Source: Candidatus Scatocola faecipullorum (GTDB lineage: Bacteria > Pseudomonadota > Alphaproteobacteria > RF32 > CAG-239). From it: a stretch of 64,000 nucleotides of DNA. Positions 49,352-59,800 of the stretch are shown piece after piece. Numbering within the stretch: the first letter of the stretch is position 1; each line of letters starts with the position of its first letter. The translations under genes and the position numbers were made by a program. Where the stretch lies: assembly GCA_018714685.1 (NCBI GenBank), contig DVNC01000029.1, positions 3,764 to 67,763 of the forward strand, in the 5' to 3' direction. The notes under the pieces are model-generated. The model ran no database searches, was not told the origin of the DNA, and saw nothing but the letters and a program-made list of their open reading frames with translations.

Positions 49352-50488
49352 CTATTTAACGAAAATCTGAACTTCGGGAGAAGTTGCATCCGCACTGCTG
49401 CGGGAAGAAAGAGTAATTCTCTCGGCATTAACCCCCATATTTACGATTTCCTGAAAAATTGTCGTTGCGCTGTTCTGGGCATTTGTCCGGGCAGATGCTC
49501 CGCCGCTGATCGGCGTAACGGCCACAACTTCAAACACAACATTGGGTTTCTTTGATTTGGCCGCATTAACGGCTCTGCGTAAACCGTCTTTATAATTAAC
49601 GTTGCTTTTGTTGAATTTGGCAACGAACAGCGGCTTGCCGGCAACGGCCCCGCTCAGGCTTCCGTTGGCCGGAGCATAACCCATTGCTGCGGGTTTGTTG
49701 CCGAGATTCAGAACCGGAACCGAAGATCCCAGAGGAACATTGCTGACACCGTAGTTGCCGCGTTTGATTGCCGAATCTAACTGAACAATGTTGCTGTTGG
49801 CCGTTTCGTTATACTGAATCTGACGGACAACATCGCTGTTGACTTCATTAAGCAGGCTGCCGATTAAAATAGCCGTCTGGTTGGTTTCGTTTTGCAGAAT
49901 TCTTAACTGGCGGTGGTCTTCGTCAACCGCGCCGGAAATGGCAAAAGTAGCCCGAATGGAATCTAACAGGTTATTAACGACAGAAGCATCAGAGGTAACA
50001 CGGGCGGAAAGCTGCTGTAAAGCATTGCTGTTGACCGTCATCAACTGAACATTGTTTTGTGCGCTCTGCAACATGGCATACATCTGCGGGTTGCCCGGCG
50101 TGGTGCCGACTTGCAGCTTGGCTTCAATTGCTCCGATGGTTTTATGGTATTGGCTGGCATTGCTGATAACGGAAGCTCTGATTTTCTGCAATTCGGAATT
50201 ATTGGTGCGAATGGCATTTTGCAGCTGGCTCAGTTCATTCCGGAAAGCGATAACTTTCTGCCCGACAAAAGTGCCGGTATCTCCGCCTTCGGAAACTTCA
50301 AGCGGTTCAAAATTGCTGGAACCGAGCATCGGCAGATCAGCGCTTTCGGGAGCATTTTTGTCAGCATTATACGCTTCCTGAGAGCTGGAACCGACCAGAG
50401 ACGGAAACAGAGCATCCGAACTGAATGCACAGCCGCCCAAAATTAATGAGCCGGAAATTAACGACAAAGTAAGAACTGTTTTTTTCAT
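49352..50488 (-). CDS. Lipoprotein (378 aa), hypothetical
   Basis: Signal peptide with lipobox LILGGC and a Q/N/S-rich helical middle region. Confidence 0.7.
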   Translation of the reverse strand: MKKTVLTLSLISGSLILGGCAFSSDALFPSLVGSSSQEAYNADKNAPESADLPMLGSSNFEPLEVSEGGDTGTFVGQKVIAFRNELSQLQNAIRTNNSELQKIRASVISNASQYHKTIGAIEAKLQVGTTPGNPQMYAMLQSAQNNVQLMTVNSNALQQLSARVTSDASVVNNLLDSIRATFAISGAVDEDHRQLRILQNETNQTAILIGSLLNEVNSDVVRQIQYNETANSNIVQLDSAIKRGNYGVSNVPLGSSVPVLNLGNKPAAMGYAPANGSLSGAVAGKPLFVAKFNKSNVNYKDGLRRAVNAAKSKKPNVVFEVVAVTPISGGASARTNAQNSATTIFQEIVNMGVNAERITLSSRSSADATSPEVQIFVK

Positions 50489-50727
50489 CTGTCAAAATAC
50501 CTTATATGAAACCTGTGTTATAACATATTCGTTTTTGACACTAATATCTCGTTTTGTAAAGAAGATTCACAAAAAAAATGCGAAAAATTAGAGCCTAAAG
50601 CACAATATATTCTTCAAATTAAGAACAGCATAAGTAAAATAGATTAAAATTCTTTTAAATTGAATGAATTTTTTGCTTGCAAAATTTTTTGAATCGGGTT
50701 ATTAAGTCTTCTGTTAAGTGAAACGAT

Positions 50728-50804
50728 GCACTCGTAGCTCAATTGGATAGAGCATCTGACTACGGATCAGAAGGTTGTGAGTTCGAACCCCGCCGAGTGC
50801 GCCA
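50728..50804 (+). tRNA. tRNA-Arg (anticodon ACG)
   Basis: 77-nt cloverleaf with anticodon loop CUACGGA and encoded CCA. One A:C mismatch in the T stem (52:62). Confidence 0.85.
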
Positions 50805-50852
50805 TATAAAATCCCTCCCTTGCGGAGGGTTTTTTTATGGCTTGCATTAGGC
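50786..50852 (+). repeat. Direct repeat copy 1: last 19 nt of tRNA-Arg plus terminator
   Basis: 67/67 identical to 50952..51018. Includes the terminator CCCTCC-CTTGC-GGAGGG followed by T7. Confidence 0.9.
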
Positions 50853-50951
50853 CGGTGAGAACTCACAACTTAATAAAAGAGTTGAGTTCGAGACTGAGGC
50901 GGCTGCGCAGGAAGCCGCCGAAGGACGGCAAGAGAGCGAAGCGAACGCGCC
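50853..50951 (+). other. Mini-insert between tRNA-Arg and its duplicated 3' end
   Basis: 99 bp. Contains the hairpins GTGAG-AA-CTCAC and GGCGGC-N9-GCCGCC and a partial T-arm-like copy GTTGAGTTCGAGAC. Its termini are homologous to the tRNA-Ala insert. Confidence 0.5.
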
Positions 50952-51018
50952 AACCCCGCCGAGTGCGCCATATAAAATCCCTCCCTTGCGGAGGGTTTTT
51001 TTATGGCTTGCATTAGGC
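50952..51018 (+). repeat. Direct repeat copy 2: tRNA-Arg 3' end plus terminator
   Basis: Exact 67-bp copy, 166 bp downstream of copy 1. Confidence 0.9.
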
Positions 51019-51236
51019 GGCTGTACAGGAAGCCAAAATCAGCGGCAGGGAAGATTAAGCACAGTTTTATATTTTTTTCTGCCGCCGCCTTTACAATAAA
51101 AACAAATATGCTAATGATAATAACAGAAAAAGTATTATTCTGGATGTTATTGGATTTGCATCACTTCAGCATTGGCTGTCAGGATAATACGACAGTGTTA
51201 ATTAATTTAGTTTTTTACATTTAAACTTTTTGCCTT

Positions 51237-51398
51237 ATGAAAAGAAATGTAGTGTTAGGAATTATCGGCGGAACAGTTTTGGTTGCCGGTGCAGTTGTGG
51301 CTTACATTAAGCGAGACGCAATCAGAGAAGCGAAAAACGATATTATCGCTGATGTGAAAAGACTTTTAAAAAAGGAAAAACCGGAAATTGCTGAATAA
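51237..51398 (+). CDS. Possible 53-aa single-TM protein (MKRNVVLGIIGGTVLVAGAVVAYIKRD...)
   Basis: ATG ORF not in the track, with a TM helix and a charged tail. Followed by the hairpin ACTCCC...GGGAGT and TTTT. Preferred over the antisense track ORF 51302..51508. Confidence 0.4.
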   Translation: MKRNVVLGIIGGTVLVAGAVVAYIKRDAIREAKNDIIADVKRLLKKEKPEIAE

Positions 51399-51597
51399 GC
51401 AAACGGCTTCCTCAGACAAAGAACTCCCTTGAAACGTAACGGTTTCTCGGGAGTTTTTGTTTCAAAAGCAATCACAACAGCCTTTGCCGGTAACTTTGCT
51501 TGTGGCAAAATACGGCAGAGCAGTATTTCCTCCCGGCCTGTGCCCTTCCGGGGTTAATTGGGTCATAAAAAAACCGTCCTCAAAGACGGCTTTTTTA

Positions 51598-51673
51598 TGG
51601 TGGAGCTGAAGGGGATCGAACCCTCGACCTATTGATTGCGAACCAATCGCTCTCCCAACTGAGCTACAGCCCC
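51598..51673 (-). tRNA. tRNA-Ala (anticodon CGC)
   Basis: 76-nt cloverleaf with G3:U70, anticodon loop UUCGCAA and encoded CCA. It is followed by the same terminator sequence as tRNA-Ala(GGC). Confidence 0.9.
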
Positions 51674-51723
51674 ATTATGCTGCTTGGTTTATCGAATTGA
51701 GAAATAATTGTCAATCTTTTTCT

Positions 51724-51915
51724 TTAGTGCAGCCTTATTTGAGTATTGCTGCAATTTTCATTTGAAACCGTTCCCATAAAAGCATTCATATGCAGCTGAC
51801 ATTTTTCAATAATCAGACCATTATTACCGTCAGAAGATATGGACGTCACAAAGGGACCGGCATTAGTGCAGGCACTAATTATCATAATTAGGGCAAAGAG
51901 CAAAAATTTTTTCAT
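51724..51915 (-). CDS. Small lipoprotein (63 aa)
   Basis: MKKFLLFALIMIISAC lipobox. The mature part contains three further Cys. Confidence 0.55.
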   Translation of the reverse strand: MKKFLLFALIMIISACTNAGPFVTSISSDGNNGLIIEKCQLHMNAFMGTVSNENCSNTQIRLH

Positions 51916-52018
51916 AAACATAATCCTCAAAATTTCTATTAACGCCTAACAACTATATTCCGAAAAAAGATAAAGTAAATTTAATTTCACAATCTATTCG
52001 CCCAAAAAACGGATTCTT

Positions 52019-52903
52019 TTAAATTTCCGGTTTGGGCAGCCCCTGAGGCGGATAAAGCTTGAACTTATCAAAATCTGTCAGATAAACACAGCTTCCCGAG
52101 GCAATAAAAGGCTGCAAAGTCCGATTGGTAATTTCGGAATCTCCGCTGTTCCAATCCAGATTGTCGTCAAATTTCACCATACTCTTTTCCAGACTGTCAA
52201 CATAACGCGTGACTTCTTCTTTGGTAAATAAACAGTCTATCGTCGTGACGCTGCCTTCCTGGGGAAGATTTTTCAGGCTTTCGGGAACTCCCTCGGGATA
52301 AATCTTGTTCAAGGCGACCGGTTTGTTTTTAATCATATAAACATAATGGCACCTGTCGCCGTCGGGACCCTCAACTTTCATAATGTTGTCCATATTGGAG
52401 AAATTCAGTGTTTTTTCATAAGGCGTGCAGGTTTTCAGATTATTTCGCAGTTCCTGAGTGTAATCAACATTAATGACTTTCATCTGGCAGGCCTCGGAAA
52501 TGATTTTATTGGCCGCTGCCAGGCTTTCATTTTTGTTTTCGCTTTCATCGGGAGAAGATTTTTCTTTTTTCAAAAAGTCCTGCAAGGCGTCAACATAGGC
52601 CTTAAGTTTTTCCTGGTCGAAAGTGCAGCGGTTTACAAAATGTCCGACTTGTGAAGATGAAATAAATTCGCATTGGCATTTATCGCCGGACCAGCCCTGA
52701 ATTTGATATTCATAATCGAATTTCATCCCTGTTTCGTCACAGCTGCTCTGTTCCGTAAACGGTGTGCAGTCTTGCAAATTCTTGATAAATCGGTCGGAAA
52801 AATGAAACATGTCAACCTGGCCGGCCAGGTCAAGATTAATGGTGTCGGCTTGTGCCGGAGAAATACAAGCAACAGCCAGAAGAACGGGTAAATATTTTTT
52901 CAT
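52019..52903 (-). CDS. Secreted Cys-patterned protein, paralogue 1 (294 aa), internally duplicated
   Basis: Has a signal peptide. Roughly half of its residues are identical to the 53035..53886 product. Two modules share NL[QK]xCTP[FY]...GxxGD[KR]C...C.F..E....YVD[AS]L. Confidence 0.7.
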   Translation of the reverse strand: MKKYLPVLLAVACISPAQADTINLDLAGQVDMFHFSDRFIKNLQDCTPFTEQSSCDETGMKFDYEYQIQGWSGDKCQCEFISSSQVGHFVNRCTFDQEKLKAYVDALQDFLKKEKSSPDESENKNESLAAANKIISEACQMKVINVDYTQELRNNLKTCTPYEKTLNFSNMDNIMKVEGPDGDRCHYVYMIKNKPVALNKIYPEGVPESLKNLPQEGSVTTIDCLFTKEEVTRYVDSLEKSMVKFDDNLDWNSGDSEITNRTLQPFIASGSCVYLTDFDKFKLYPPQGLPKPEI

Positions 52904-53034
52904 AGGCCTTCTCCTTTGTTGCAGTATATTTTAACATTATGAATAAAAAGTTTCAATTCTTATTCGTCAGACGTTGTGGAGGAGACTGAAGGTAAAAAGC
53001 TTATTGCTTGATTTTAAAGTATTATTTGCCAAAT

Positions 53035-53886
53035 CTATTCTAATTTAAAATTACCGAAATTGCCGCTGACTTTGCAAACGCCTTTTTCGGTAAATTCCTG
53101 CAGTTTCCGGGCGGCCGCCTCGGCGTCTCCGCTGTTCCAGTCCAGATTGTTGTCAAACGTTATGACTGATTGCTCCAAACTTTTAATATAATCTGCTCTG
53201 TCTGTCTCGGACAACCGGCAATCAAAAACCATGGTGCTGCCGGTCTGCGGCAGATCTTTCATAAATTCGGGTACGCCGTCCGGATAGATTTTGCTTAAGT
53301 CAACCGGTTTGTTTTTCACCGTATAGGCGTAGTGGCAGTTTCCGTTTTCCGGTCCGTAGATTTTCATAATATTGTCCGAATTGGAAAAATTCAGAGTCTT
53401 TTCATACGGCGTACAGCTTTGCAGATTTTTTCTCAAATCCGCGGTATAGTCGGTTTGGCTGCTCATTTGGCAGACGTTCGGATCAAAAATAATGCCCATT
53501 GCCGTCAGATAATCCATATCGGCCATATCTTCAATCGTATGCTTGTCTTTTTGATTGTAGCGAATAAGCGCGTCAGTATAGTCTTTCAGATTTTGCGGGC
53601 TGAAAGCACATTCGTTTACAAAATTTCCGATTTGTGAAGAAGAGGAAAAAGTACAGCGGCATTTGCCGTCAACCGGACCTTGGATTTTATATTCATAGTT
53701 AAAGGAATGCCCTTCGGCGCCGGCATTTTTATGCTCAATAAACGGTGTGCAGCTCTGCATCTTGCTGATAAATTCGTCCGACAGGCGAATCATGTCGATT
53801 TGCCCGGTCAGATCTTGGTTAAAATCCATGGCATTGACTTTTCCGGCTGCAAGCAAACCGCAAATGGCATAAAAAAATTTTTTCAT
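53035..53886 (-). CDS. Secreted Cys-patterned protein, paralogue 2 (283 aa), internally duplicated
   Basis: Has a signal peptide. Shares long identical stretches with paralogue 1, for example CTPYEKTLNFSN.DNIMK and FD.NLDWNSGD. Confidence 0.7.
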   Translation of the reverse strand: MKKFFYAICGLLAAGKVNAMDFNQDLTGQIDMIRLSDEFISKMQSCTPFIEHKNAGAEGHSFNYEYKIQGPVDGKCRCTFSSSSQIGNFVNECAFSPQNLKDYTDALIRYNQKDKHTIEDMADMDYLTAMGIIFDPNVCQMSSQTDYTADLRKNLQSCTPYEKTLNFSNSDNIMKIYGPENGNCHYAYTVKNKPVDLSKIYPDGVPEFMKDLPQTGSTMVFDCRLSETDRADYIKSLEQSVITFDNNLDWNSGDAEAAARKLQEFTEKGVCKVSGNFGNFKLE

Positions 53887-53902
53887 TCGTTTTCCTTCTC
53901 TT

Positions 53903-53939
53903 CAATATAAAATACGGAGAAAGTTTTCTTTCTCCGTAT
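53903..53939 (-). terminator. Terminator/attenuator between the ATPase gene and paralogue 2
   Basis: Perfect 12-bp stem ATACGGAGAAAG/CTTTCTCCGTAT followed on the minus strand by TTTTATATT. Confidence 0.75.
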
Positions 53940-53957
53940 CAAAATGATGAGTATTGC

Positions 53958-55214
53958 CTAAAACAGCGATAATCCTCTTTCAATTTTAACACGCTGCTGC
54001 TCGAGCAGAGTACCCATGTTCAGTTTTCCGCTGCGCAGCATTCCGCGAACCTGACAGGCTGCATTTGTATCCGGATTGGCGAACAGATAAGTGACTTTCG
54101 CTTTTTTCGGCGCCCCTTCCAAAATCTGGTGAATACAGCCGAGAAAACCGTTAGCCACCAATTCATAAGCCATGTCTTCGCTGATGCCGCTGGAGGCCGC
54201 ATATTTAACCAGAGCGTTAATGGCATCGGATACGTTGTTGGCGTGAATGGTTGACAAAACCAAGTGGCCGGAAGTTGCCGCGCGCAAAGCTTCACTTGCT
54301 ACGTCAGGTGAACGAATCTCGCCCAGATAAATATAACGCGGTTTCGAGCGCAGAGCTGATTTAATACCTTCTTCCCATTTGCCGTCCGGCGGAGTTGTCT
54401 GTTTGCAGAGGCCTAATTCCGCTTCCGGGGTGATATATACGCCGTCCAGCGGCATTTCAATCGGGTCTTCAATCGTAAAGGCATAGCCGCCTTTTTTCTG
54501 TAAATATTCTTTTAACAGAGCGGAAACCGTTGTACTTTTACCGGAACCGGTTGCACCGGCCAGCAGAATCAAGCCGCTGCCGCCGGCAATGGAGAGCAAA
54601 TGTTCGTAAACGCGGTAAGGCAGCCCCAAATCTTTCAGATTCGGAACCGTAGTCGGCATTTTGCGGGCACAATAGTTGACGCCTTCCAGTGCAATGGTTC
54701 GTTCAACACGATAGTTGCGTCCCTTGTAGTTCAGCAGATAACTGCGGTTTTCACCGTCATAAGCACCTTCAAGCTGAACAAAAAACTCGTCAAAATCATC
54801 AAAAGTAACAATTTTTAAGCCGCAGTTGGTGCGACCGCTCCAAATATAACATCTTTTGTCGGGAGTGACATAAACGTCTGAAAACTTGACCTCATTAATC
54901 AGTCCGGAACTGACTTTGCAGGACAAATCGACATCCGGATTGATCTTTGCCCCGTGAGACGCCTGAATAACGGTCGGGCCGGCAGCTTGCGGTTTGTTCT
55001 GTGCCGGAGTGGCGGAGGCAGGAGCTTCCTGACCGGGGGCCGCCGGCGAAGCGGCTGCCGGGGCATGCATCTGCACCGGAGCTTTGATGGATAATTTTTT
55101 CAATAGCTCTTCACTCGAATGCTCCCGGATTCGCGGAGATACATTCGGGGTTTCTGCTGCGGGGCGCTCAGCTCCTCCTGGCGCGTTTGGTGTGCTTTTG
55201 TCAAACAGGTTCAT
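53958..55214 (-). CDS. PilT/GspE-superfamily secretion ATPase, divergent, with a Pro/Ala-rich N-terminus
   Basis: Walker A GATGSGKSTT, Walker B/Asp box YIYLGEIR and His box VLSTIHAN. I moved the start to the ATG at 55214, which has AGGAGG 7 nt upstream. The longer track ORF would overlap the divergent DMT gene. Confidence 0.8.
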   Translation of the reverse strand: MNLFDKSTPNAPGGAERPAAETPNVSPRIREHSSEELLKKLSIKAPVQMHAPAAASPAAPGQEAPASATPAQNKPQAAGPTVIQASHGAKINPDVDLSCKVSSGLINEVKFSDVYVTPDKRCYIWSGRTNCGLKIVTFDDFDEFFVQLEGAYDGENRSYLLNYKGRNYRVERTIALEGVNYCARKMPTTVPNLKDLGLPYRVYEHLLSIAGGSGLILLAGATGSGKSTTVSALLKEYLQKKGGYAFTIEDPIEMPLDGVYITPEAELGLCKQTTPPDGKWEEGIKSALRSKPRYIYLGEIRSPDVASEALRAATSGHLVLSTIHANNVSDAINALVKYAASSGISEDMAYELVANGFLGCIHQILEGAPKKAKVTYLFANPDTNAACQVRGMLRSGKLNMGTLLEQQRVKIERGLSLF

Positions 55215-55418
55215 AATCAAGCCTCCTAAATCTCTCAACAACACTTTATTATACGATATTTTTCTTGAAGATTTATTAATTTTTTTTGACAATTCCTGTT
55301 CAAACAACAGGGAAAAAGCATAAAGCCCGAATTTATACGAAGTAAAAATACCTTGAAATTCGGCCGCGGCATTCGTATTATCCGAAACAGGACAATAATT
55401 TTTTTCAGGGGATAGAGA

Positions 55419-55760
55419 ATGAGACCGTTTTACCCGATTATTTTGCTTGTCTTTTCGAACATTTTTATGACTTTTGCCTGGTATGGACATCTCAAGTATA
55501 AGTCAACGGCTCTGTGGATTGTTATTCTGGTCAGTTGGGGAATTGCCTTTTTTGAATATTGCCTGCAAGTTCCCGCCAACCGTATCGGTCACGACTATTA
55601 CAGTGCTCCCCAGTTGAAAATCATGCAGGAAATTATCACTCTTGTCATTTTCGCGTTTTTTTCGGCTTTTTACCTTAAAGAAGGGCTGAAATGGAATGAA
55701 ATTGTCGGCTTTTTGTTTATTTTGTTAGCGGCCTTTTTTGTTTTTAAAAAATGGGATTGA
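55419..55760 (+). CDS. Small DMT-superfamily membrane protein (DUF486-like)
   Basis: 113 aa with four TM segments. The N-terminus ...VFSNIFMTFAWYGHLKYK is characteristic of this family. Confidence 0.75.
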   Translation: MRPFYPIILLVFSNIFMTFAWYGHLKYKSTALWIVILVSWGIAFFEYCLQVPANRIGHDYYSAPQLKIMQEIITLVIFAFFSAFYLKEGLKWNEIVGFLFILLAAFFVFKKWD

Positions 55761-55835
55761 CCCGGTTTCTTCTGTAAAATTTTGTATCCGCCGCAGATAC
55801 GACAAAACCCCGCGCTGGGCAGGGTTTTGTATAAA

Positions 55836-55926
55836 TGGCGGATAGACAGGGATTCGAACCCTGGATACCCTTTAGGGGTATACACGATTTCCAATCGTGC
55901 GCCTTCGACCACTCGGCCATCTATCC
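55836..55926 (-). tRNA. tRNA-Ser (anticodon GGA)
   Basis: 91 nt with a long variable arm (TATACCCCTAAAGGGTATC), anticodon loop UUGGAAA and encoded CCA. Confidence 0.9.
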
Positions 55927-56027
55927 GTCGGCGTTACTATTCATAATAATAAATCTTATATTTGACAAGTCTTTTTTTCGCTTAAAGTCAAAATATTTAA
56001 GCGAACCGGCAAAAACGGCGGATTTGT

Positions 56028-56642
56028 TTATTCTTTCGGCCAGCCGACAGCCTGAGAAACAACAATCCACTGATTTTCGTTCAGCTTCAGCTCTTTTTCG
56101 AGATCCGCTTTTTCAAAATAACCGCGGACGACATTGTTCAGACCTTTGTCTGCACAATACAGACCCACGTTTTGATAAGCCGAACCGGCATGCATGGCGC
56201 CGTTGGTTGCCACATCGCTGGTTGAAACATAAACCAGGTCAAGTGCAGCGTCCTTGGCATAATCCTGCGTACCCAGAAGCGGGCGTAAATCTTTGTCGGA
56301 GACTTGAATCAGCTTATGTCCCCGGGCATCATATTGCCAAACGCCGTCGAATTTGAGCACATAAACCGTCAAATCCTGGCCGTTGAGGGCGGTCGGGATG
56401 GTTCGTTTGCCGTCCTGGCGATTGACACCAACCGCTGCCCACAGCATATCAGCCAAAGTTTGGTCATTAACGGCCCGTCGGCCGAATTCGCGTACCGACT
56501 TTCGCTCCTGCAGGCTTTGCATAAGCGTTTTGCCGCCAACCATATCCGGTTTCGGCAGAGACTGAGTGACAAGTTCAGCTCTGGCGCCCGAAACTGCTAG
56601 AACGGACACGACTGCGGCAGCCATTAATGTTTTTATATACAT
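56028..56642 (-). CDS. Nitroreductase-family protein with a signal peptide
   Basis: I moved the start to MYIKTLMAAAVVSVLAVSGARA. Has the RKSVREF nitroreductase N-terminal motif. Confidence 0.75.
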   Translation of the reverse strand: MYIKTLMAAAVVSVLAVSGARAELVTQSLPKPDMVGGKTLMQSLQERKSVREFGRRAVNDQTLADMLWAAVGVNRQDGKRTIPTALNGQDLTVYVLKFDGVWQYDARGHKLIQVSDKDLRPLLGTQDYAKDAALDLVYVSTSDVATNGAMHAGSAYQNVGLYCADKGLNNVVRGYFEKADLEKELKLNENQWIVVSQAVGWPKE

Positions 56643-56815
56643 GTATATCTCCTTTGTTTTGTGGGGTTTTAATAATCTTTTGCGTAATATCTTAATCATA
56701 AAAATCTAAAAATAAACATTGGTAATACGGGGATGGGGAGACAATAATATCTTATTTAATATCAGGCTGCGTCATTCTGTCGCTGCCGTTTATGTTTCCG
56801 ATTTGCTTCTGCGCC

Positions 56816-59800
56816 TCAGAAAACATAGTTAAGCCCTGCGGTAACCGCCAAATCCTGATAATCGCTGCCCGCCGTTGCGCGAACGGTCGAATACATGCTG
56901 AAGAATTTACTGAGATCAGCACTTCCACCAATTTCCAGCCGTGCATACGCGCCGTCGTCAATTTCGGGAGATTTGTCAAGGAAGTTGGTTATGGTGACTT
57001 CATCGCCGGAGACCGAATTAAACAGAAGGCTCGGTCTGATATAGGCCTTGGCATAGCCGCTATCCAGATTCCAGGTGTTTTCGAATTTAACGCCTAAATC
57101 CGCCTCCAGAAGAGTCAGGGTATCAAATTCCGCCGTTTTGCCGTAAATGTCTTTCGCATCGTCATAGCTGAGCGAACGGAAGCTGATAACGGCACTGGGC
57201 TCAATGTTGAAACTGTAATTCATGTTATAAACGTAACCTGCGGCAATACTGGCGCCGAATTCGGTTGCGTCGCTGTCGGAGCTGACATTGTCTTTGGTTT
57301 TGATGTCTGCTTCCTGTATGCCGCCGTAAACCATGGCCAGCGCCCAGGCATCCTGCCAGTTATGGCGGTAATAAACGCCGCCGCTGTAGCTGTCAATGTC
57401 AATTTCGCTGCCGTAGCGGGCAAAGAATTTATCTGCCTTGCCGTCAAATTTATAATTACCCTGACGGTAGGAGACAAAAACGCCTGCTTTATTGTTGTTA
57501 TTGTTATAAAGGTCAATTCCGGCTTCCCCGCCTACAATGTCGGCTTCATAGTTGACGCCGCTGTCATTGGTAATGGTGTGATAAATCGGCATGGCCCAGA
57601 AATTGTAGTTATTGTAGTAGTTTTCAATACCTTTGCTGTAATAGCGGTATTGCGGCGAATGCATCAGCCGGTTGTCCACCAGATTGTTGTTGCGGAGATT
57701 AATTTTGTTGATAACGTTATAAACCATGCTTCGCGTCTGTTCCAAACCGGCACTTTGCAGACCCATATAGGCCAGTGTTTCGGAATAAACGCCGATTTTG
57801 CCGCCGACATTTACCATGTCCATATACCAGTTATGCCCTTCATTGGACGTATCCCACAAATACGGGCTGGTATTGACACGCCAGATTGTGAAATGAGCGC
57901 CTGTGGCCGAATTGTCGTTCGGAGCTTCGAGGAAAAGGATTTTTTCCGTCGGTTTGGCTGCCGAGGTAATGTTGACATTCAGCTCGCTGGTGCCGGAAAC
58001 ATCGCCGTTGACAACCAGTTTGTCGGTTGTTCCGTTTAACGTATCGACTTTCAGCGTAATGCTGGAATTCGCCTGTCCGGTGTAATTGCCGGAAATGGTT
58101 GTCGTATTGTCTTTGTCGTCAGCCAGGTTTCCGGCGCTGACCAAATTCAAGTCGCCGGCATTGACGAGAGAACCGGTGATGGCAATATTTTCAACTTCGG
58201 AGGTATCCAGAGTTGACCCGTTGCCGATTTGAATGGTTTTATCGTCGCTGCCCAAATTCAGGTCGCCGGCCAGGCTGACGTCTGCCGTCCCGTCTTTGCC
58301 GCCGATATTAACGATTTCCCAGCCTTTGACCGCGGTAGAACCGTTGTCGCCGTTAGATGAAATATGATAAGAGCCGTCGGCAAAGGTCAGGCTCTTGCCC
58401 GCCGTGGTGGCATTAAGAGAATTGCCGAATTTGGCGTTGACACCTTCGGTCACGGTCAGTGAATTGATAGCTGCATCACTGAATATTTTGCCGTAATCAT
58501 AGCTGCCGCCCAAAGTTGCGTTGCCTGAAACCGTTACGGCGCCGGAGAGTGAAGCTCCGTTGTCAATGGCCGTTTCGGCTTTGCCTTTGATTTCCAAATT
58601 CTCAAGCTTGGCCCCGTTTTCCGCCGTAAGTACACCGCCGTTCATAACGGTATTGTTTGCCGTTGATCCGTTTTTAAGCAGAACCGTACCGCTGCCGTTG
58701 ATGCTGGTATTGCTGACGCTGGCTCCGTTATTAACCTCTAAACCTTTTGCCGCGGTTGAACCGGAGGAATTAACAATCGTATCGGCGGCCGTTCCGCTGA
58801 CGGTCATTGAGCTGGTGCCGTTCAACGTTGTTCCGACAGCCGAAGCCCCGGCGGCAATGGTAATATTGGAAGAATCATTGGCAACCGTATTATTGATGGA
58901 GCCGCCGTTCTGAACATTGACCGTACCTTTGTGTTGCAAAACCGTATCTGCCAGTTTTCCGCCGCTCATAACATCCAGCTGGCTGCTGCCGCCTACGATA
59001 ATGCCGGTGCCCGCACCGTTACTGAATAAGGTGTCATAATGTTTACCGTATAAGTCGGCATTTTGAACATTGTTGTTGGTGGTTAAGTGATAAGAACCGG
59101 TATCGGTTACCGTCAGGCCGGTAATGGCCTCTTGGGCCTGTGAAGCCTCCAGCATGCCGTTTCCGCTGACGGTTGTATTCAGGGCTGTTGCATTGTCTTT
59201 GACTTCAAGCGTTCCGTCCAGAACCGCGGTTTCGGAGACCATAGATGTTCCCGAAGCGATAATTTTTCCGCCCTTGGTAATCGTTGAAGACGCGGCGCTG
59301 CCGGAATCTTTGACATTCATCGTACCGCCGTCAACCGTAGTCGAATAAGCGTTGCCTCCGTCGTTAATGTTGGCTGTGCCGCCGGTGTTAACGGTGCTGG
59401 AGTTCGCTTCGCCGCCTTTGTTAACGTTCATAATGCCGCCTTCGTTGACTTCGGTCATGTTAGCGATACCACCGGTTTCCACATTAAGGGTGCCGCCGTT
59501 GTTAATCACCGTGTTATTGACGGTTGAAGATGTCGGAGTGGTTTCACTGCCGCCGGAATCTCCGGTATCTCCGCTGCCGTCTCCGCCGGTGTTCCCTTCG
59601 CCGCTGTCACTGCCGTCGTCGCCGCTGACGCTTCCGTCTCCGGTTATCCCCGCGTCAGGGTCACTGCCGCCATCTGCCGTCGTGCCGTCATCGGGATTTT
59701 CTTCTTCCGGCTGGTCAAATCGAACCTCAACCGTACCGCCCTCAATCACGGTTCCGTTGGCCGTACCGCCGTCTCTGATCAGCATATAACCTCCGGTATT

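Noticed and set aside
50728-50804. Possibility that tRNA-Arg is a pseudogene because of an A:C mismatch in the T stem, given the adjacent duplication scar.
   Set aside because: All other stems, the anticodon loop, the T-loop and the CCA end are intact. A single T-stem mismatch is tolerated in many functional tRNAs.
51302-51508. 68-aa minus-strand track ORF.
   Set aside because: It overlaps the plus-strand 53-aa TM micro-ORF (51237..51398), which has an ATG start, a clear TM helix and a downstream hairpin. The minus-strand ORF has neither an RBS nor coherent features. Both remain low confidence.
57362-59789. Several 130-225-aa plus-strand ORFs inside the autotransporter gene.
   Set aside because: They are Pro/Ser/Val-rich mirror frames of the repetitive passenger-coding sequence and have no independent support.
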